64,000 nt of DNA from Bacteroides sp. CAG:709 (lineage in GTDB: Bacteria > Bacteroidota > Bacteroidia > Bacteroidales > UBA932): the NCBI GenBank assembly GCA_000434935.1, contig FR882195.1, positions 32,326 to 96,325 on the forward strand, read 5' to 3'. This document shows positions 60,301-64,000 of the stretch, piece by piece. Position 1 is the first letter of the stretch, and the number at the start of each line of letters is the position of its first letter. The position numbers were made by a program, and so were the translations under genes. The notes under the pieces are model-generated. The model was not told the origin of the DNA. It searched no databases and worked only from the letters and a program-made list of their open reading frames with translations.

Positions 60301-60905
60301 AGAGACTTGGTGCTGACCATGCTTCTGAGATCGTCCTCGTCGATTGCCTCGATCTTCTGGATTTCGTGTGATGTACGGAAACCGTCGAAGAAATGGAGGA
60401 AAGGAATGCTGGATTTGATAGCTGAGAGGTGTGCTACAGCCGCCATGTCCTGAGCTTCCTGTACAGAACCTGAAGCGAGCATTGCGAAGCCTGTCTGGCG
60501 GCAAGCCATAACGTCCTGATGGTCACCGAAGATTGACAATGCGTGAGAAGCCAGCGCACGTGCTGAAACGTGGAATACTGCCGGAAGCATCTCGCCTGCA
60601 ATCTTGTACATGTTAGGGATCATGAGGAGAAGTCCCTGGGATGCGGTATATGTGGTGGTAAGAGCGCCGGCCTGGAGAGATCCATGAACAGCTCCGGCAG
60701 CACCTCCTTCACTCTGCATTTCAGTAACTTTCACTGTTTCGCCCCACAAGTTCTTTTTTCCGTGGGCCGCCCACTCGTCAATGTTCTCTGCCATTGTCGA
60801 AGATGGTGTGATAGGGTAAATCGCAGCGTGCTCACTGAAAAGGTAAGCGATCTGGGATGCAGCGAAATTACCATCACAAGTGATGAATTTCTTTTCTTTT
60901 GCCAT
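57378..60905 (-). CDS. nifJ: Pyruvate:ferredoxin (flavodoxin) oxidoreductase, single-polypeptide PFOR
   Basis: 1175 aa. Two 4Fe-4S ferredoxin motifs ('CIQCNTCAFVCP', 'CTGCGNCVDVCP') and a TPP-binding 'GGDGASYDIG' region. Confidence 0.9.
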   Translation of the reverse strand: MAKEKKFITCDGNFAASQIAYLFSEHAAIYPITPSSTMAENIDEWAAHGKKNLWGETVKVTEMQSEGGAAGAVHGSLQAGALTTTYTASQGLLLMIPNMYKIAGEMLPAVFHVSARALASHALSIFGDHQDVMACRQTGFAMLASGSVQEAQDMAAVAHLSAIKSSIPFLHFFDGFRTSHEIQKIEAIDEDDLRSMVSTKSLEKFRARALTPESPVTRGTAQNGDVYFQAVESRNQFYDAVPDVVARYMGELGELTGRNYRPFEYYGAPDAEEIIVAMGSVTETIKETIDYLEAHGRKYGVVSVHLYRPFSEKYFFKVLPKSVKKIAVLDRTKEPGSLGEPLYLDVKAMFQGKDMEPVIIGGRYGLSSKDTTPAQIVAVFDNLEQAEPKNDFTIGIVDDVTFKSLPIKKEISIVKPGTAECKFYGLGSDGTVGANKNTIKIIGNHTNKYCQGYFDYDSKKSGGYTCSHLRFGDAAIKAPYLVSTPDFVACHVPSYLRKYDVLKGIKDGGTFLLNSLWNAEETVKRLPEFVKATLAKKHIKFYIIDATKIASEIGLGGRTNTILQSAFFKITGIIPYEDAVKYMKDAIVKSYGKKGEKVVNMNYAAVDRGGEYEQVNVPEEWANITAKFENPNKDRLAPEFVKEIADVVNSQAGDTLPVSSFMPYVDGTMPAGTAAYEKRGVAVFVPQWQPDNCIQCNTCAFVCPHAAIRPFLLNEEEAAAAPAGLKLAQGKANLKDYKFALSVSVADCTGCGNCVDVCPAKEKALVMVSALDAQAEQENFDFLNTKLGYKETVVNKAQSVKNSQFAQPLFEFSGACAGCGETPYIKNITQLFGDRMMIANATGCSSIYGASFPASPYCTNAEGHGPAWANSLFEDFCEFGLGMKLGSDRIRQTIAEIMTQGLDCDKASDEIKELFKQWLENKNNPAVTREVADKLVPLMENTDCPHCKKLLTYKKFLAARSQWIIGGDGASYDIGYGGLDHVLASGENVNILVLDTEVYSNTGGQSSKSTPAGAIAKFAASGKKIRKKDLGMMAMSYGYVYVAQVAMGANPVQYLNAIKEAEAYDGPSLIIAYAPCINHGLKAGMGLSQKEEKLAVECGYWHLYRFNPELEGTDKNPFSLDSKEPDWSKFQDFLKGEVRFASLYKLFPDKADELLQKTEEFAKIRLESYKKLAGK

Positions 60906-60937
60906 ATTCGTTTATGTTTATGTAATTAGTTTGCCTT

Positions 60938-61825
60938 TTACAATGTCTCAAGACCTTCTACGGTCACAATGGAACCTGCAATTCTCTTTACCAGGCCCTG
61001 AAGGACTTTGCCCGGACCTATTTCCATAAAATAATCTGCTTCGTCAGCCAGCATGTTCTTTACGGACTGGGTCCATTTTACAGGTGCTGTGAGCTGTGCG
61101 AGCAGATTCTCTTTTATAAGTTTAGGGTCCTGTGTAGGCTGCGCGGTATAGTTCTGGTAAATAGGGCAGATCGGTGCCTTGAACTCCGTTGCCTCTATTG
61201 CCTCTCCGAGCTCGACTCTCGCCGGCTCCATGAGAGGCGAGTGGAAGGCTCCGCTTACTGCAAGCGGCAATGCCCTCTTGGCTCCTTCTGCCTTGGCTCT
61301 GTCGCAAGCTTCCGCAACTGAATCTTTTTCTCCTGAAATCACGACCTGGCCGTCGCAGTTGTAGTTCGCCGGAATTACGAGACCGTGGCAAGACTTGCAG
61401 AGTGCTTCTACTTGCTCGTTTTCAAGTCCGATGATGGCTGCCATCGTGCCAGGGACCTGCTCGCAGCATTTCTGCATAGCCTTTGCCCTTATTGCAACGA
61501 GTTTCAACGCGTCTTCGAAAGTGATGGCATGGCTTGCCGCAAGTGCGGAGAACTCTCCGAGGGAGTGTCCTGCTACCATGTCCGGCTGGAACTGGTCATA
61601 ACATGCCGTAAGAATGACCGAATGAAGGAAAATCGCAGGCTGGGTGACCTTTGTGGCCTTCAATGCCTCCGGCGTTCCTTCGAACATTATGTCTGTAATC
61701 TTGAATCCTAGAATCTCATTGGCCTTCTCGAACATTTCTCTGGCCTTCTGACTCTTCTCATATACTTCTTTGGCCATACCCGGGAATTGTGCTCCCTGAC
61801 CTGGAAATACATATGCTTTCTTCAT
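60938..61825 (-). CDS. fabD: ACP S-malonyltransferase
   Basis: 'VFPGQGAQ' and 'GHSLGEFSALAA' active-site motifs. 295 aa. Confidence 0.85.
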   Translation of the reverse strand: MKKAYVFPGQGAQFPGMAKEVYEKSQKAREMFEKANEILGFKITDIMFEGTPEALKATKVTQPAIFLHSVILTACYDQFQPDMVAGHSLGEFSALAASHAITFEDALKLVAIRAKAMQKCCEQVPGTMAAIIGLENEQVEALCKSCHGLVIPANYNCDGQVVISGEKDSVAEACDRAKAEGAKRALPLAVSGAFHSPLMEPARVELGEAIEATEFKAPICPIYQNYTAQPTQDPKLIKENLLAQLTAPVKWTQSVKNMLADEADYFMEIGPGKVLQGLVKRIAGSIVTVEGLETL

Positions 61826-62010
61826 ACCTTAATTATATGATTTTTTAATAAATACTCTAACCTAACGTCTTTTCCGCAAGTTAACTTCTTGCGTAGCAGA
61901 TACAATACGCCCTACCACAGGCAAAATTAATCAAAATCTTAGAGAAAAGCGAAAATTATTGCGGAATAATCATTAACTTTGTGTCAGCAAAGAGGAACAA
62001 TCACCTGTTC

Positions 62011-62085
62011 CTTTATTTTTGCCCCCATAGTCTAATGGATAGGATTTCAGATTCCGGTTCTGACGGTAGAGGTTCGAATCCCCTT
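62011..62085 (+). tRNA. tRNA-Arg (anticodon CCG), CCA encoded
   Basis: Manual fold: acceptor GCCCCCA/TGGGGGT with a G1-U72 wobble. D-arm GTCT-AATGGATA-GGAT. Anticodon stem TCAGA/TCTGA with loop TTCCGGT. T-arm ..GG-TTCGAAT-CC.. with one A-C mismatch. Discriminator A plus CCA. Confidence 0.7.
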
Positions 62086-62089
62086 GGGG

Positions 62090-62123
62090 GTACCAAACCA
62101 AAGCGCTCTGACTCAGCAAGTCA
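62090..62123. terminator. Hairpin terminator (AAAGCGCTCTGACT-N5-AGTCAGAGCGCTTT) shared by the tRNA and the convergent peptidase gene
   Basis: 14-bp perfect inverted repeat followed by CTTTCTTT. Confidence 0.6.
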
Positions 62124-62144
62124 GAGCGCTTTCTTTAATACCTG

Positions 62145-64000
62145 TCATTTGCACCATTTGTCCAGCCAGTCGAAATATTCCCTGTGCCAGAATAGTGCGT
62201 TCTGCGGCTTGAGAATCCAGTGGCACTCGTCCGGGAAGACTATGAGCTTGGACGGAACGCCCATCATCTGTGCAGCGTTGAATGCGGCCATGCCCTGGTC
62301 ATAAGGAATACGGAAGTCCATGCCGCCGTGGATGCAGAGAATCGGCGTGTTCCATTTCGTTACATTGTCTGCAGGGCAATGCGTGTAGTGCCATTTTGCT
62401 TTCGCTGCAGAACTCCATGGAGAACCAGCCTGTTGGAGACCTCCGAAGGTGATGCCGTCACCTGCAGGACCTGTCTGTCCAGGAGTGTATGCGAATTCCG
62501 TCATACCGCCGTTGTCCCAGTTGCAGAACCACATCTCTTCAGTCTCGTAGTACATGTATTTCTCGTCGAAGATACCCGCATGTGCGATGAAGCAATCGAA
62601 CAGATTCTCATGCACGCCTGCGAGATAGTAAACGGAATAACCGCCATAACTTGCCCCGCATGCAGCCATCTTGCCGATAAACGGTTCAGCTTTCATTTCC
62701 TTCGCTGCGGAAATGTAATCCTGGATGTTCAGACCTGAATAGTCGCCGGAAATCTGCTCGCACCACTCCTGGCCGAACGCCGTGGTCCCGCGTCTGTTAG
62801 GCAGTACCACCACATATCCCTGTGCCGCCATGAGCCTGTAGTTCCATCTGTAGGACCATGACTGGCTGATAGTTCCCTGAGGACCGCCGAGGCAGATGAG
62901 GATGGACGGATAAACCTTTGTGGAGTCGAACTGAGGAGGGTACATCACCCAAGTCAGCATGTCTTTTCCGTCCACGGTCTTGACCATGCGCGCTTCCATC
63001 TTGTGGTCTGCCAGCTGCGAAAGGATGTGCTCGTTCTCCTTGGTTATCTGAACGGTAGAACCGTCTTCAGCTGAAACACTTACGAGCTCGGTAGGGAAGT
63101 CCATGCTGCACCATGAAGCGAGGAGGGTAGTGCCTTTGTCAGACTTCTGGACAGCAAACGGAGAATTGTAGTCACACCACTGAGTGTCAGACGTTATGCG
63201 GCTGATCGTGCCGTCGACATTGGCCTTGAAGATGCCTTGGAGTCCCTCCGCGAGAGCATTGAAATAAATGGTCCTGGAGTCGTCGTCCCATACAGGTGCG
63301 GCAGCATTGTACTTGAAACCGGCCGTCAGGTCGCGGATTGCGCCGGCCTTGCCGTCGGCGACATCGGCCACCATCAGTCTGGTCTTGTCGGCCTCATATC
63401 CGTCCCTGGCCATACTCAGCCATGCAATGTGCTGACCGTCAGGGCTCCACGTAGGCTCGGTGTCATATCCGCCGCCCATGGGAATGACATTGCAGGAACC
63501 GTCGGCGACATTGTAAATATAGATTTCGGTGTTCGTGCTGAAAGCGTATTCCTTGCCCGCCTTCTTCTTGCAGGAATATGCGATATACTTTCCGTCCGGA
63601 CTCCAATCCAGCTGCTCCATCCCTCCGAAAGGCTCCGTCGGCAGCTCGTAAAGCTTGTCCTCTGACGCGAGTATGTCAATGCTCTTTTCCGGGGAAATTC
63701 CTTCGCCGAAATCGGCAATGAAAGTGTGTGGGAGTTCGGTTACCCAGTGGTCCCAATGCCTGTACATCAGGTCTTCCGCAACGTACGCCGTGGCTTTGTC
63801 CAGTTTCGGATCGGTGTCGGAAGGCTGCTTTACGTCGCTATGTATATAGCTGACATACATTACCTTGCTCTCGTCCGGAGAAAGTTTGAAATCGCCGATT
63901 CCTGCCGGAACGTTGCTCATCTGCACCCTCTTCACGAGTTTAGGCGACTTGCCGTCGATTCCGCGCAATGCAGTTTTCCATATCTGCCCTCCCTGGATGT
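62145..64000 (-). CDS. S9-family serine peptidase (prolyl oligopeptidase / dipeptidyl aminopeptidase-like, beta-propeller plus alpha/beta-hydrolase); 5' end lies outside the window
   Basis: 'GASYGGYS' nucleophile elbow and a C-terminal His region. The frame stays open upstream of the TTG at 63968 to the window edge (…IQGGQIWKTAL RGIDGK…). Confidence 0.75.
   Translation of the reverse strand, partial: IQGGQIWKTALRGIDGKSPKLVKRVQMSNVPAGIGDFKLSPDESKVMYVSYIHSDVKQPSDTDPKLDKATAYVAEDLMYRHWDHWVTELPHTFIADFGEGISPEKSIDILASEDKLYELPTEPFGGMEQLDWSPDGKYIAYSCKKKAGKEYAFSTNTEIYIYNVADGSCNVIPMGGGYDTEPTWSPDGQHIAWLSMARDGYEADKTRLMVADVADGKAGAIRDLTAGFKYNAAAPVWDDDSRTIYFNALAEGLQGIFKANVDGTISRITSDTQWCDYNSPFAVQKSDKGTTLLASWCSMDFPTELVSVSAEDGSTVQITKENEHILSQLADHKMEARMVKTVDGKDMLTWVMYPPQFDSTKVYPSILICLGGPQGTISQSWSYRWNYRLMAAQGYVVVLPNRRGTTAFGQEWCEQISGDYSGLNIQDYISAAKEMKAEPFIGKMAACGASYGGYSVYYLAGVHENLFDCFIAHAGIFDEKYMYYETEEMWFCNWDNGGMTEFAYTPGQTGPAGDGITFGGLQQAGSPWSSAAKAKWHYTHCPADNVTKWNTPILCIHGGMDFRIPYDQGMAAFNAAQMMGVPSKLIVFPDECHWILKPQNALFWHREYFDWLDKWCK

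Noticed and set aside
62011-62085. Possibility that the tRNA is a pseudo-tRNA because of the A-C mismatch in the T-stem and the G-U closing the acceptor stem
   Set aside because: All other elements (D-arm, anticodon arm with U33, TTCGAAT T-loop, discriminator, encoded CCA) are canonical. Single mismatches are common in functional tRNAs.
1-64000. CRISPR arrays, rRNA genes, integrases or transposases
   Set aside because: No evenly spaced direct-repeat arrays, no rRNA-like conserved stretches, and no ORF with recombinase or transposase motifs (DDE, tyrosine-recombinase R..H..R..Y) were seen in any frame.

Overview
This window looks like a Bacteroidales (phylum Bacteroidota) chromosomal segment. 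The basis is two SusC/SusD pairs, a type IX secretion C-terminal sorting domain, Bacteroides-type TAnnTTTG -7 promoter motifs and many Bacteroidetes-specific domain families. Every family assignment here is motif recognition by eye. No database search was run.

Gene content, left to right:
- Type IX secretion: the 3' end of a T9SS cargo gene followed by a PorQ/PorV-like beta-barrel gene.
- DUF4954 and DUF4476 proteins, then an S46 dipeptidyl-peptidase.
- A small accessory patch (7.4-11.1 kb): two paralogous AAA-ATPase/PD-(D/E)xK (DUF4143-type) genes, a tiny wHTH ORF, an unannotated rubredoxin, and an AlaX-type tRNA-editing protein. One of the ATPase genes is precisely bracketed by 36-38 bp direct repeats.
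- An AraC-regulated TolC-HlyD-MFS efflux operon. The TolC gene carries an in-frame TGA.
- A SusC/SusD locus whose only enzyme is a metallophosphoesterase.
- A roughly 21 kb minus-strand polysaccharide utilization locus (24.1-45.3 kb) with SusC/SusD and a divergent AraC regulator. It encodes a beta-helix protein, GH16, a GH99-like protein, a GH95-like/CE15 fusion, an ADP-ribosylglycohydrolase-like protein, and a giant GH97-GH3 fusion. Two of its enzyme genes are frameshifted at A/T homopolymers.
- A 600-bp structured convergent intergenic region.
- Housekeeping genes: ferritin, acyl-CoA ligase, an AraC regulator, a SAM methyltransferase, M16 peptidase, a LysR regulator, an esterase, PFOR, FabD, tRNA-Arg(CCG), and the 3' part of an S9 peptidase.

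The most unusual observations are:
- the repeat-flanked ATPase-nuclease cassette;
- a roughly 75-115 nt structured element present in two copies 39 kb apart;
- three gene disruptions within 64 kb.

No CRISPR array or rRNA is present.
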